A stretch of 64,000 nucleotides of DNA from Eledone cirrhosa. Its lineage: Eukaryota. The notes under the pieces are model-generated. The model made no database searches. It was not told the DNA's origin and worked only from the letters and a program-made list of their open reading frames with translations. The position numbers and the translations under genes are program-made. Of this stretch, positions 14,665 to 27,865 are shown piece by piece (position 1 is the stretch's first letter; every line of letters starts with the position of its first letter). The DNA is taken from contig OZ024743.1 in assembly GCA_964016885.1 (NCBI GenBank), forward strand, positions 104,656,001-104,720,000, read 5' to 3'.

Positions 14665-15657
14665 TATCAGCATAGAGGACTGTGTTCAGATGGAGAAAAA
14701 CAACCTACACAAATACGTGACTGATAGAAAGGAGCCAATGCTCAGAATTGTACTGAAGAAGAAGACAATAGACCAGGGGATGTCCAAGGAGGAAATAACA
14801 ACAAGGAGAAAGAGCAGCCTTCATGAAAAATACCTTCATAGTACCTTCTTTGAGAAAACTGAATTCAGAGATCCACAGACATGGAACTGGTTGAAAAGAG
14901 GAGACCTTAAAAAGGCTACAGAAGGAATGCTAATGGCTGCGCAAGAGCAGGCCCTCAAAACGAAGTGGCTGAAACGCCATATTTACAAGGAGGAGGCTAT
15001 CCCACTGTGTAGGATCTGTGGAGAGAGAGAGGAGACTGTGGCTCACATTGTATCCGAGTGTAAACAACTAGCCCAGACTCACTATAAAGGCTGGAGACAT
15101 GATGTGATGGGCAGGGTGATCCACTGGCACCTATGCAAAGTAAACAATTTACCACATTCTGAGAAGTGGTATGAGCATAAGCCAGAGTCGGTGATAGAAA
15201 ACGATCAGGTGAAGATGCTGTGGGATTTTAGGATACAGACGGACAAGAAACTGGAACACAATAGACCTGACCTGGTAGTTTTGGACAAGGAAAAAAGATC
15301 GTGCCTGATTGTGGATGTAGCCTGCCCATTCGACACGAGAGTGCAAGAGAAGGAGATGGAGAAAATTAACCAATACCAGGACTTAAAGTGGGAGGTAAAA
15401 AGGATTTGGAACTGCCATGAAGTCAAAGTGGTCCCGATTGTCATAGGCGCACTAGGTACTATCTCAAAGAGTTTCCAAGGATGGTTAAAGAAAATTGGTC
15501 CCGCCCCACCTTTTGGAACACTTCAAAAGGCATGCTTGCTGGGAACAGCAAGAACCCTCCGATACGTCCTGAATATCAGAGGCTGCAGGTAGTGGCTTGA
15601 TATTCATTTCAACAAACTTTCCAGTTAAATAACATCAATGACTGAGACTCAAAGAAC
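14665..15657 (+). mobile_element. R4/Dong-clade element, 5'-truncated copy 3 (post-RT linker, CCHC knuckle, RLE)
   Basis: AAQEQAL, CRICGEREETVAHIVSEC, RHD, RPD…D…EK..Y motifs; the stop codon is TGA>AGA relative to copies 1 and 2; ends in (AAT)n. Confidence 0.92.
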
Positions 15658-15708
<51 letters not shown>

Positions 15709-15710
<2 letters not shown>

Positions 15711-17560
15711 TTTCATTTATTAGCCACAAGGGCCGACATGTAGGGGACAATACAAAGACAGGGACAGTGGGGGTTTACAATAAGGTCGAGTAAAAGTGCA
15801 CAATGGCATGACTAATTTAACAATGAAGATATAAAAAATATAAAATAAACTATGCATAAATATAACAAAATAAATTCCTCGATAGGGGGTGGACGACCCT
15901 GGGTTGACTCGGGTACCCCACCAACCCTGAACCACCCTGCGCTTCTAGGGCACCCAGGGCACCCAGGAAGAGCACCCCACTCCTCAAGTTAGTAGCCTAT
16001 AGGCGCATGGCCAGAGTAGGCCCATTCACACGGGCCATTCTCGCCACATTCATCCACCTTTTAGCAAATGTACTGGGGAGCAGCACTTCTCTCTCCACCC
16101 TCACCTTCCTTTCCAGGTGAAACTTGAAGAAGTTGATGAGGGATAGGCCGAAGAGAAAAGTGTCTGTCTTCAGTCCATTTAATCTGGTCCACCATATAAC
16201 CTCTTTCGCAACGGCCACCAGACAGAGGAAAATTTCCTGCTCTTCCTGACCTAAGGAAGGCGGCGGGTCGATCTTCACTATGGACTCGGCCGATAGCCGG
16301 ATTCGTTCCACACGCGACAGTAATGCACGGACATTGGACAAGTGCGTGCAGAACGGTTTCGTCGTTCTGTGCGCATCTTGGGCAGGTCCGTCTGACACAC
16401 TTCCGTGCCTGTAGAGTTTATCCCGAACCGGCAGTGCCCCCGGTAGCACTGCCAAGCGAGGGATTTCTGGAAATTTTCCATCGTCCCCGGCTCGAAAGTC
16501 CTCAGGTACAGACTGGTCAGTTCGACTTAGTCGAGGCCCAAAGATTCTCCGAGTGCGTCATCGCACTTGCCCACCACTAATCCTCTATAGAACTCGAGAG
16601 TGGAAGTTACACTGATCGCATTGCCCGCTTGGTAGAGGGCAATGAGTGCCTGGCAACATTCCAGGTGCCAGTCACCCAGTCTCGGTCTCTTCTTGACCCA
16701 GGACTGCAGCTCAGTCAAAGAAACGAGCTGCGGAAAGGCCAGTCTGATAAACGGCGACGACACCTACGCTTCCGTAGTAAAGGCTCCAGAGTCAATACCT
16801 ACAGAAGGCAAGAGAGAGGGCACCCTTGACGGACCGATCGGGAGAGCCGAAATGGTTCCGAGAGGTGGCCATTAACCTTGACCACCGAGCGTGTGCCGAT
16901 GTGCCGATGTGCATTGCAGCGATCCAGCTTCTGAAGACAGGGTCGAAGCCAACCGCTTTGAGGACAAACTCCAGATACCGATGGTCGACCCTATCGAATG
17001 CTTTCGATTGATCTAAATAGATCAGTGCCCCATCGAAGCCAGGTTTACACCCTACCCTCTCTATGATGTATCGCATGAGGTGGAGATTGTCGTGTATGGA
17101 CCTGGCTGGGATTGCGTAAGTTTGCGCCTCCCCAACCATATCCTCGACGACAAGCGCCAGTCTCTTTGCTAACACCTTGGCCAAAATCTTAAACTCTGTG
17201 TTGAGCAGAGTTATGGGCCTGAAGTTGTCTAACGTATCCCTCTTGTTCTCGTCTTTCCTTATCAGCGTCACCACTCCCCTGCTCACAGAACTGGGAATAC
17301 TCCCATTCTGCTGCCAGTTGCAGTAGAGTGCTTTGAGGAGATCGGAGAACAAGTCTGGCATATTTACGTAAAGCTCGTAGAGAAGACCATCCAAACCGGG
17401 TGACTTGCGCCTCATGCAGCCGACAAGGGCGTCCTCAATTTCGGCTGAAGTAATCGGCCTTTCGCAGCGCTCAGTGTCGACCGTTGAGATGCGCGGCAAG
17501 CCGTCAAGGTAAGAACTGAAATCCGCTACTCTCTCTGACTCGCCACTCTCCCCGAACAAC
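15709..17560 (-). mobile_element. L1/Tx1-type LINE ORF2 pseudogene, 5'-truncated and internally deleted
   Basis: KSPGLDG, NFRPITLLNTEFKILAKVLAKRL, LDQSKAFDRVDH, frameshifted SVRQGCPLS; jumps to the C-terminal region without a YADD motif; 3' end cccttgtggctaataaatgaaatc(att)n. Confidence 0.85.
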
Positions 17561-17992
17561 CGAGCAATCATTGTCTCAATATTGTCTCTAACTCCCTCAC
17601 GGTAGAGAAACCACGGAAGTATAGTGACTGCTTTCAAGCAAACACTATATACACTTCCAGTCAACCTTACCACCCCTCTGTAGCCTCTGTATCATATCAA
17701 TATCCCCCTCCGCCATCTGAGATATTTTTCACTGCTACAAGCGATTTAGTCCCCTTTCTTGACCGGTGTATCACGTGATAGAGTCTCCCTCCGCCTTTTG
17801 AGATTTTCTCGCATGCTACGGACGTGTCTAGTTAGGGCTCTTCCCTGAGGTGCTCCCTTGAAAAGCTGGCTTACCTCACAACAATGTTATATATCTATGA
17901 TATAACATTCTTGCATAGTGACCAGCGAAACTGTACAGTCGGGACATAGAAGAAAAGATGGGTATATATTTGTGTCTATTATTTCTTTTAAA

Positions 17993-18673
17993 TGGCGGTG
18001 GATTGGCAGTATCAGTAGAGGGTCGGACGCCATGCTTTCCAGCATAGTTACGCCCCTTTCCGATCTGAGTTCAAATCCCGCCGAGGTTGACTTTGCCTTT
18101 CATCCTTACGGGGTCGTTAAAATAAAGTACCAGTAATGCACTGAGTAATTGCTGGCCTTGTGCCTAAAGTAGAAACAATTATTTCTTTCAAATCCCGCCG
18201 AGGTTAACTTTACCTTTCATCCTTACGGGGTCGATAAAATAAAGTACCAGTAATGCACTGGGTAATTGCTGGCCTTGTGCCAAAAAGTAGAAACAATTAT
18301 TTCTTCTTACTTTATAATATTTTACATAGCTCTGATATTGTGTCAATCTAATTATTTCGATTATCTTGTCTCTCATAATCATAGAGCAACACTGGTTAAG
18401 GTCGACAACACACAATCTCACATACTTGTGAAAAAATATACGTTTATATATACATGTATATGTATGGATGCACATATATCTGTGTACCTCTCTGAATTGG
18501 CAGTATCGGTAGAGGGCTGGACGCCATGTTTTCTAGCATAGTTACGTTCCTTTACGATCTGAGTTCAAATCCCGCCGAGGTTAACTTTGCCTTTCATCCT
18601 TACGGGTTCGATAAAATAAAGTACCAGTAATCTAGTGGGTAATTGCTGGCCTTGTGCCTAAAGTAGAAACAAT

Positions 18674-18677
<4 letters not shown>
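17993..18677 (+). mobile_element. Cluster of Meta-core SINEs (17993-18186, partial 18187-18303, 18494-18677)
   Basis: High similarity to the 2214 SINE. Confidence 0.9.
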
Positions 18678-18700
<23 letters not shown>

Positions 18701-18710
<10 letters not shown>

Positions 18711-19440
18711 TATTTGTATAAATAAGTTCGTATATTTATACACGTTGGGGCAGTTTCGGTTATGCAGATATCACTTTATATACACTTATCTAATATGTAG
18801 GCATGTAAAGAACACATGTATATAATCCAATCAACCCATTGGACATTTGTATTGATGAGTATATATACTTATTCATTCTTAGTATTATTCTAAAATGGAC
18901 GCATAAATTTGCATATATTTAGCGCTTGTGTTGTTAATTAATTAAGATAAGGCTCCGATAAGATCCAAAAATCATTCAACGATGTTTATCATTTTTCAAT
19001 TTACAGGGCAATTTGTATTTTCTGGCATATTTACATGCCTAAAAATTAGATATGTGTATATACCTATACATGATGGTGCAGTCTTGGTTTCACACTCGGG
19101 GTTTATACAGGTATAACTTTATCATACCCTTCGACTGCTAGCGAACTTCTTAATATATATCTTAATTAATTACCAACCCGAGCGCTAATTATATGCAAAT
19201 AAGTATGCCCAATTTAGAATAATACTACGGGCGAATTAGTATATATACCCATCAATTACATATTTCCTTGTCCTTGATTGGAGAATCAACACGTCTTCTG
19301 AGGAGGGACCAGTAAAATCACAAGAAAAGCGTATTTTATGGCATATATACATGCCTCCAAATTAGATGAGTTTATATTTATATACGTTGGGGCAGTCTCG
19401 GTTATACACTCTTTATTTATACAGATATAACTTTATATAT
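18701..19440. mobile_element. Degenerate foldback/MITE-like element with terminal IRs and internal direct repeats
   Basis: Ends tatataaagttatttgtataaataa / ttatttatacagatataactttatata; inner IR ~18850-18950 vs ~19160-19262; ~100-bp direct repeat at 19020 and 19335. Confidence 0.6.
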
Positions 19441-19600
19441 ATTATATTTTGTATATTATATATATTTATATGCATATATATATAAATGTTTGTGACTGTG
19501 TATGTGTGGGTATATATATATATAGATAGCTAGATATATATGTGAGTGTATATATATTCAAATACATATTTATATTATATATCTTTGCACATATATACTC

Positions 19601-19679
19601 GCATATCCGATGAGATGTCGTGTCCCGGTCACTATGATTTTACCCTGATGTGATCGATATTGAAACGATTGTAATATGC
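19601..19679 (+). ncRNA. Type I hammerhead ribozyme, CCGAUGA core variant
   Basis: gcatat CCGATGA gatgtcg…cgatatt GAAA cgattg TA atatgc; AATAAA at 19681. Confidence 0.7.
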
Positions 19680-19722
19680 CAATAAAGTTTATATATATAC
19701 TGCAACATTGACTTTAATCTTG

Positions 19723-19830
<108 letters not shown>

Positions 19831-20064
19831 TATATATAGTTAATAAAGTAAACAAAACAAACGCAGGCATGCAAAAAAACACAGTTATATTAGTTTCGCG
19901 TTGAGTATGTGTATGAATGTGTGTATGTATATATTATATATATGTAATTATATATTATATATATATATATAATATGTGTATAATATATTTATACTATACA
20001 TAATATTTACATATATAATATGTATAATATATATATATATATACGTGATATATATATATAAATA

Positions 20065-20123
<59 letters not shown>

Positions 20124-20764
20124 TTAAATATGATGCCATTTATCATTATTAGTGGTGTTTATAGTAGTAGTAGTTGTAGTAGTAGTATTATTGGTGGTAG
20201 TAGTAGTAGTGCAACGTATTACAATGAAAAGCAGTACTGTAATAGAGGAGTTGTGTACGATGGTGGTGTAAGTACTTAAACTAAATCCTTGATCCTACTT
20301 GTAGATGTTCCTACTTGAACATATCACAGCTATAAATAAATTAATAATAATAACAATAAACTTAAATAAAATGGTAAAAAGTTAGATAAATAAATATAAA
20401 AGGGTAAAAAAAGTTAGATAGATAAAAATAAAATTGTAAGAAATGGAAAAGTAAAACACATCAAGCACCAGAGTTGACAAAAAAAAAAAAAAATGTTTTT
20501 ATTGAATCAGTTATGATCTATGAAAATTCGCAGAAATTAATAACGAAAAAAAAAATGAGAAAAACCAGGAAATGTAAGAAAAATCTAAGAAAACCCACGC
20601 AAGATTTTTCACATTTTACTAAGAGTTTTCAAATATATGTCATTTGAACATCCATTTCTATATCCTTCAGCCTACGAAGGAGTGTTTATGGAGTCGCTCG
20701 ACCTGTTGGAAACTGATGAAAACCTCCCCGAAACCATACACTTAGTTAATGTTAAAATCTGTTA

Positions 20765-21305
20765 CAAGGCCCTGAGGCTCATCACTCTGGTGGTTACCCC
20801 AGTTTCATTGGCGTTAAGGGACTGAAAGCGCGCCAGTCTATCGTAGGGTTAGCTTTCAGCTTCTCCTGGTATTCATTTTCAGCTGAGTCGCTTGGAGCAT
20901 CGTGAAATGAAGAGTTTTTCTGAAGAACACGACGCACCACGAAGTCCAACAACCGAGCAAACGGCACGACGAACAATCTAACCACTAGTTCACACACCTT
21001 CACACTTCAGTCTTTAAAGATATCAAACAGAATTGAATGAAGTAAACCTTCAGCCGATTCGTCAAAGTGTGTTCTAGATGTTCAATTAACGGAGCAGCCT
21101 GCTTATGAAGTTGATTTGTAGGTGACAAAGAATTACACAGACACGTGTACCCTTAATGTAATACTCAGGGACATTCAGCGTGTCGCAGTGTGGAACAAAT
21201 TTGATGGCTTCCAAACAGTTTCCTTCTACTCAGTTTCACTCAGTCATAAGTCGACCGGAAACAGGCCATGGTAAATGACACTTGCTTAAGATGCCTCATG
21301 GTGTG
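20765..21305. mobile_element. Old degraded SINE fragments (other families)
   Basis: Minus-strand tRNA-like head (…ctaaccactag…), CORE-like gacacttgcttaagatgc and cacagacacgtgtacccttaa motifs. Confidence 0.45.
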
Positions 21306-21306
21306 A

Positions 21307-21339
<33 letters not shown>

Positions 21340-23191
21340 AACGAAATGGTAGAGTCGTTAGAAAGTAGGCTTGGATGGTTTGCGGTATCCGTTTCCGGTC
21401 CAAGCCGAGGTCTAATTTGTCTTTCATTCCTGAGGTAGATAAAAAAAAGTACTAGTCTAATACTGGTGTGGATTCATCCTCTATATCTCTTTTTCATTTT
21501 CTCTCTATTACTCCCTCTATCTTTCCTTCAATTTCAATAATCTGTTGTTCTAGTTATTCGCTTTACTTTGAAGTGATGCGATATTATATATATATTAAAC
21601 TTCAATACAATATAATACTTATATATATATATATAAGTTCTATACCACACAAATGTCTGTAAGTACCTCATCAACCCATAAACTTATCTCTTCTCCTAAA
21701 TCCAAGAACATTTCAAAATACTACTACAATGGAACTTTACCTTCCTCTTGCTATAATTATAGTCAGCATGTTTTCTCTTTGTATGTATGTATGTATTTGT
21801 ATGAGTGTGTCTGGATATGTATGTATATGTTTGTGTGCATGTGTGTGTGTATATATGTGTATATATATATATATATATATTACCTCCTTAACCTCTGTAT
21901 TAACTTGCCCATTATTTAGCTTTGTTAGCGTTGTCCTATACATGTATGTTATTGAGGATGGAAAAGATAGACAGATCTCTCATCTAATATAGACCACACA
22001 AATTCTACTACAGTGATAAATATTTCATCGGTCAGATAAAAACTAACTATTACGGCCACCTGACCTACATTGTTTAAAAACACCGGCTTATCTTTACACT
22101 TGATATAATACACCCTACGACAGTCTTTACATGTCAATTTTATACATCTGCTTCATGTCAGCTAGTTTTACACGCTAAAATCATAGATATACTATACCCT
22201 CCACCTAGATTGATGTTGTGATTATTTCAAATATTTTATTGCTAGCATTGTTGATGCTGTTGCTATTGTTCTAACTGAATGCCATTACTACCACATATAG
22301 TAGCCTGTATATTCCTTTCATGTCTGTATATTCTCTTCATTCTCGCAAGCTCCGATGAACTGACTGGTTATAATTTTGTATTGGCGATCGAGTAACGCGA
22401 AAATAAGCGGATAGCGATCTCTAGACCTACCAGTTCAGAGAAACAATTGTCAGCAATGAGATTAAAAACCTTTTTTGTATAGCAAACCGTGTCACTCTTC
22501 TTTCCTGATTTATTATTACGCCAAATGTTTACAATATAGGAATTACAGCGTACTCGCAGCATCACTATGAAAACGCCTTGTTGAGTCAAACTTAGCCAAG
22601 CGTTAATATCATCCAATACCCGAAAAACAATAACTGGACTACACCTAAGTGGACTGCATATAACTATTATTTGTTACCCCGTATATATATATATATATAT
22701 ATATATAACAGGGTTCAATGACCTGCGTGTATATTATTTTATATTTTACGATAACCTCCCCTTCTCATTTGGGGACAGTGTGAGATTTATTTTTTGAAAA
22801 ACTGCAGGACTTTCAAACTTAGCGGTTCTTCTAGCACTGACGGTGACTATCGCTAAATATTAATATTGATGTAGTTTTTTATATTGATATTACTTGGGCA
22901 TTCCACTGAAGAGTTATAGCCCACTTGCACAGGAATCTGTTGATCATATGCAAGCTTCTACATAACTTGGACATTTTTCTCCCACTTTGTAGAAATCTTA
23001 TAATGAAACGATCGTATGGAAAGTGAGATTTATTTAATAGTGCCTCATATAAAATAATACAGCCGACTATCCACACAATACAATATAGTTAGCACCCCAA
23101 ACGTATAACTGGGAATATACTTAGGTATTTCCTAATGTTTGTTGAGTGAGATGGAAGTTGGTCGGAGTATCGCTAATAGCTTTCTCTGTTA

Positions 23192-23249
<58 letters not shown>

Positions 23250-23264
23250 ATATATATATGTATA

Positions 23265-23365
<101 letters not shown>

Positions 23366-24266
23366 CGTTTTAACCATTAGTTACCCACCAAATAATTACC
23401 TCATTTCATGTTGGTTGTTGTCATAGTTACCAACATAATGATGGTGTTGTTGTTGTTGTATATGAATCACTACCTCCCTTCGGACAACTGACGCTTTACA
23501 CCAGGTCCGAATATAGAAGAGCCGAACTCCCACTGTCATCGACTCCATCTCTTTCGCCCTCCCCATCTCTCTGGAAGAAATCGGCCGTGTTCAGACCTGG
23601 AGGGGACGGACACTGCCAGGTTTTAAAATGCCCAAGTCATATCGTATGTCACTACAGCACCGTTACGACTCCATCAAGTGTTATGAGTTCATGCATGTAA
23701 GTATACGTACACACACATAACACATGCACACACACACATACACAAAGCCACCATGAAAAATCGTCAGATATGAGAATTGGCATCAGATTTACATGATGTT
23801 ATAAATACCTACGAAAGTACTGGAAACGAATTATTTCATGTAAAATTGCTTTCTTTTATCAAGAATTACTTAACAACCTTCTAAGTCAACATTGCTACTT
23901 ATTATGCATTATAGGCCATTTCTGCTAAATATCATAGCTTCGATTACCATTAATAAATCACATAGCAATCATTTAACAAAGCCCACGATATTTATGCTGA
24001 AGGCAGTCTTTAGATTAGTGATAATTTTACGACACACTTAGAAGACGAACACGCTATCACCCTAATGCAAATGTCTTGACGAAACAAACTTATAATCAGT
24101 GCAGGATGAAAATATAAGCTTTTAGACAGTTAAACAAAATGGTGGTAAAGGTAAAGATTGCTGTAGTTAATGTTGAATTATATATCAGTTAAATATCTTC
24201 TTTTGAAATAGCTTCCTTTAATTAAAAGTTCCTCTTCTATCTATCTATCTAATCTCTATATATAGG

Positions 24267-24388
<122 letters not shown>

Positions 24389-24639
24389 ATTAAGGACGGT
24401 TTCCCAAGGGGATTGTTAAATAACTGTTGAAGAATGTACTCAATACACTAATACGATTGTAGCGAAGAAGCATATATATTTTATATAGAAATAACTTCTA
24501 CATGACTATGATTCGTATGAAATCTTTAGAGATGATCTCATGATTTCACAGGAAGGAAACAGTCCTAGACATATGGAAGTAATTTCTATTATAAATGAAA
24601 ACATAAATAAACACACACACACACACACAATATATATAT

Positions 24640-24842
24640 ATAACGAAGGAAATGTGGTAAGGAACCAGGTGGACCATAACGCACCAAAGTACTCAATACT
24701 TAGGGTAGTAGAGTGGGTAATAGGAACGATTAGGACCCCGACGGCTGAGCTCAAGCCGTTTCGACGGCTAATTCTGGACTTTTTTTAGTCCAGAATTAGC
24801 CGTCGAAACGGCTTGAGCTCAGCCGTCGGGGTCCTACTCGTT

Positions 24843-24847
<5 letters not shown>
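24640..24847 (-). mobile_element. Short palindrome (~60-bp arms, T6 loop) plus ~80-nt tail, in (TA)n
   Basis: 24720-24780 and 24787-24847 are reverse complements with 1 mismatch; the arm carries cGAAAcgg. Confidence 0.7.
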
Positions 24848-24881
<34 letters not shown>

Positions 24882-25107
24882 CTCCCACCCACATATATAT
24901 ACGCATACACAGACACATACACACACACACATCATACACACATGCACACATATATATATATACATGTGTGTGTGTTCATTCTGCCTTATGGTTAAGCTTC
25001 TACCATTTTGTTAGCAAATGAGAAAAATATAATAGCTACCTTGTGTTCCTTTCTTTATAGAGTATTGAGTTGAATAATGATCTTATTGGTCTCAACCAGT
25101 AATATCT

Positions 25108-25181
<74 letters not shown>

Positions 25182-25203
25182 ACACACGCGCACACACACA
25201 CAC

Positions 25204-25319
<116 letters not shown>

Positions 25320-25508
25320 GTGTGTGTGTATATACATATATATATGTATATGTATATGTATGTGTGTATGTATATATATATATATATACATACACACATA
25401 CATATACATATACATATATATATGTATATATATATACACACACATATATATATGTGCGTGTGTATATATATATATACATATATATATGTATATGTATGTA
25501 TATGTATG

Positions 25509-25547
<39 letters not shown>

Positions 25548-25549
25548 GA

Positions 25550-25750
25550 ATATTAGTAAAAGGAAAAGAAAATGCTTACAAATTTTTCTCAGTGAAAAAT
25601 AGTTTAATTAGGAATAAGTAAAAATTAGTAATAAGTATTGGTTAGTATTCAGTTTTAGTTTTAAGTTTTTACCGGTTGCGCATTTCTAATGCTTTTCAAA
25701 AATAATTTTGAGATAGAGCGCTCGTGATGTTTGCTCTAATCTGATCAGTT
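25550..25750 (-). mobile_element. Single-arm sister copy of the 7811 palindrome family
   Basis: gtttaattaggaataa…taccggttgcgcatttctaatgcttttcaaaaataattttgagatagag…tctgatcag. Confidence 0.8.
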
Positions 25751-25821
25751 TTAGAAATTCTACCTGTTTTATGTGAAAAAAGTGGCTCCAGAGGTATTAA
25801 GATTTGGTTGGTTGATGTGTA

Positions 25822-25883
<62 letters not shown>

Positions 25884-25885
<2 letters not shown>

Positions 25886-26621
25886 GATAATTTAATATAT
25901 CAACTAACATAAGCGCACAGATGCACGCCCATGCCAGCAAATACACAGGTTATGTCATAGTACCTAGGTGGTTCAATGCAGGAGAATGCAGAACAATAAT
26001 ATAAAGGACGTAAAATAAGAAAATATTTTTTTAAAAAAATTTAAAAAAAATTTTTTTCTTACTTAAATTTTCACTCCAACTAATTAGTTTCTGCAATGGG
26101 ATAAAGACAGTTACGTAATCTAACTGTCGAGAATTCATTGCGTCATCAGGAAGTCTATTCTCAGTTAAGTCTCCAGGCAATGCGCGGACACTGGCGGCTC
26201 ATATAAAAATAATAATAATTCGGTAGATCGAACAGCTTGCGAGGACTGGATTCTATGTACCGAAATTCTCACTGCTTCAAGTCAAATGGCCGATTCTAAA
26301 GAATCAATCACGTGACACAGAGGCTAGTTAGAAGGAATGGGATGGTAAGATGACTGACGCCTACTAACACCCCAAAAAAAATTTTTTTAGAAGTGGTTTT
26401 GACAAGTTTGCTCGACAAATCAGTGATTTGGAGATAAATATAGATAATTTAATATATCAACTAACATAAGCGCACAGATGCACGCCCATGCCAGCAAATA
26501 CACAGGTTATGTCATAGTACCTAGGTGGTTCAATGCAGGAGAATGCAGAACAATAATATAAAGGACGTAAAATAAGAAAATATTTTTTTAAAAAAATTTA
26601 AAAAAAATTTTTTTCTTACTT
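25884..26621 (-). mobile_element. Retrozyme-like partial tandem element (557-nt period) carrying a hammerhead
   Basis: Identical ~180-bp direct repeats at 25884-26064 and 26441-26621; HHR between them; (TA)n flanks. Confidence 0.75.
26073..26154 (-). ncRNA. Type I hammerhead ribozyme with extended stem II
   Basis: acttc CTGATGA c gcaatg…gacagtta gattacg taactgtc…cattgc a GAAA ctaattag TT ggagt. Confidence 0.75.
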
Positions 26622-26644
26622 TTTTATATATATATATATATATA

Positions 26645-27197
26645 TAAACGGAAAAAATGAAACGAAATTTCATTTCCCACTCTTAGTACAGCTGTTACTT
26701 AAATATAAGTATGTATACGTACATACATATATGTATACAGACATACAGTAGTATGTATATATATATATATATACATACATGCACACATATATATATGTAC
26801 GTATGGATTCACCAAACATTTATTATAATGCTCGGTGTGTTTGTAAACAAACATCCCGTATTAAGCCGTAGTGTCTAGCAACCACCGTTGCTCGTTTGTT
26901 CAACACTGACAAAGGAACGCTGTACTAGTTTCAAGCTTGTTAGCTATCGTCAGCAACGTATATACGTATAGCTAACAAGCTTGAAACTAGTACAGCGTTC
27001 CTTTGTCAGTGTTGAACAAACGAGCAACGGTGGTTGCTAGAAACTACGGCTTAATACGGGATGTTTGTTTACAAACACACCGAGCATTATAATAATTGTT
27101 TGGTGAATCCATACGTACATATATATATGTGTGTATGTATATATATATATACATACTACTGTACGTCTGTATACAAATATGTATGTACGTATACATA

Positions 27198-27205
<8 letters not shown>
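26645..27205 (-). mobile_element. Palindromic pLTR-like element (~240-bp arms, 20-nt spacer) plus ~55-nt tail
   Basis: Arms 26703-26947 and 26968-27205; the HHR overlaps the left arm and spacer; (TA)n flanks. Confidence 0.8.
26917..26959 (-). ncRNA. Minimal type I hammerhead ribozyme (Penelope-type)
   Basis: acgttg CTGACGA t agct aaca agct t GAAA ctag TA cagcgt; palindromic stem III; GUA site. Confidence 0.78.
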
Positions 27206-27289
<84 letters not shown>

Positions 27290-27403
27290 TGATTCAAACT
27301 TGCAATGATTGGCATTATATATAAATATTATTTGTTTGTTAAATTATAAAATTAAAGTAATTCAACACACATAGGAATATTAGGTTGTTACCAAAGAGCC
27401 AGA

Positions 27404-27865
27404 AGATTGACAAGTCGACCCTAAATATGACTAATAGCTCTAGGAAAGCCATAAACGACACCATGACTTTTTAACTTTGATTTTGAAAGTAGGTTTATAA
27501 TTATTAATTTTCATTATATTTCTGTAGCTGTCTCGGTGGTCTAGCTGGAGGAATCGTAGACGGTAGTGATCCTGGTCTGAAGTTCGATCATGGTCGGGAG
27601 TAGGGTTCCCGGTAAACCTTTTCCGTTTTTTTTCTATTGGTTATAAAATAAAAACTGAAAAATACTGCATGTATCTCTCGACCATGATTGAATCCAATGC
27701 CAGGATCACCAGCGTCCCTAGTACCTACCGCTAGGCCACAGAGACAGCTACGAAAATCTATTGAAAATTCATATTTATCAACCTATTTTAAAAACAAAAT
27801 GATTTGGTGTCGTTCATGTTTTTCTTAATGTTATTGCCCCTACTTAAGGTCGACTTCTAAATCAT
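27404..27865. mobile_element. Degenerate foldback element whose arms contain a tRNA-like segment
   Basis: agctgtctcggtggtctag…gatcctgg…gttcgatcatggtcggg (27526-27598) is mirrored by ctcgaccatgattgaat…ccaggatcac…ctaggccacagagacagct (27677-27749). Confidence 0.65.

Noticed and set aside
19293-19338. CTGAGGA…GAAA motif
   Set aside because: Stems I-III cannot form
20710-20742. CTGATGA…GAAAC hammerhead-like motif
   Set aside because: No pairable stem I or stem II
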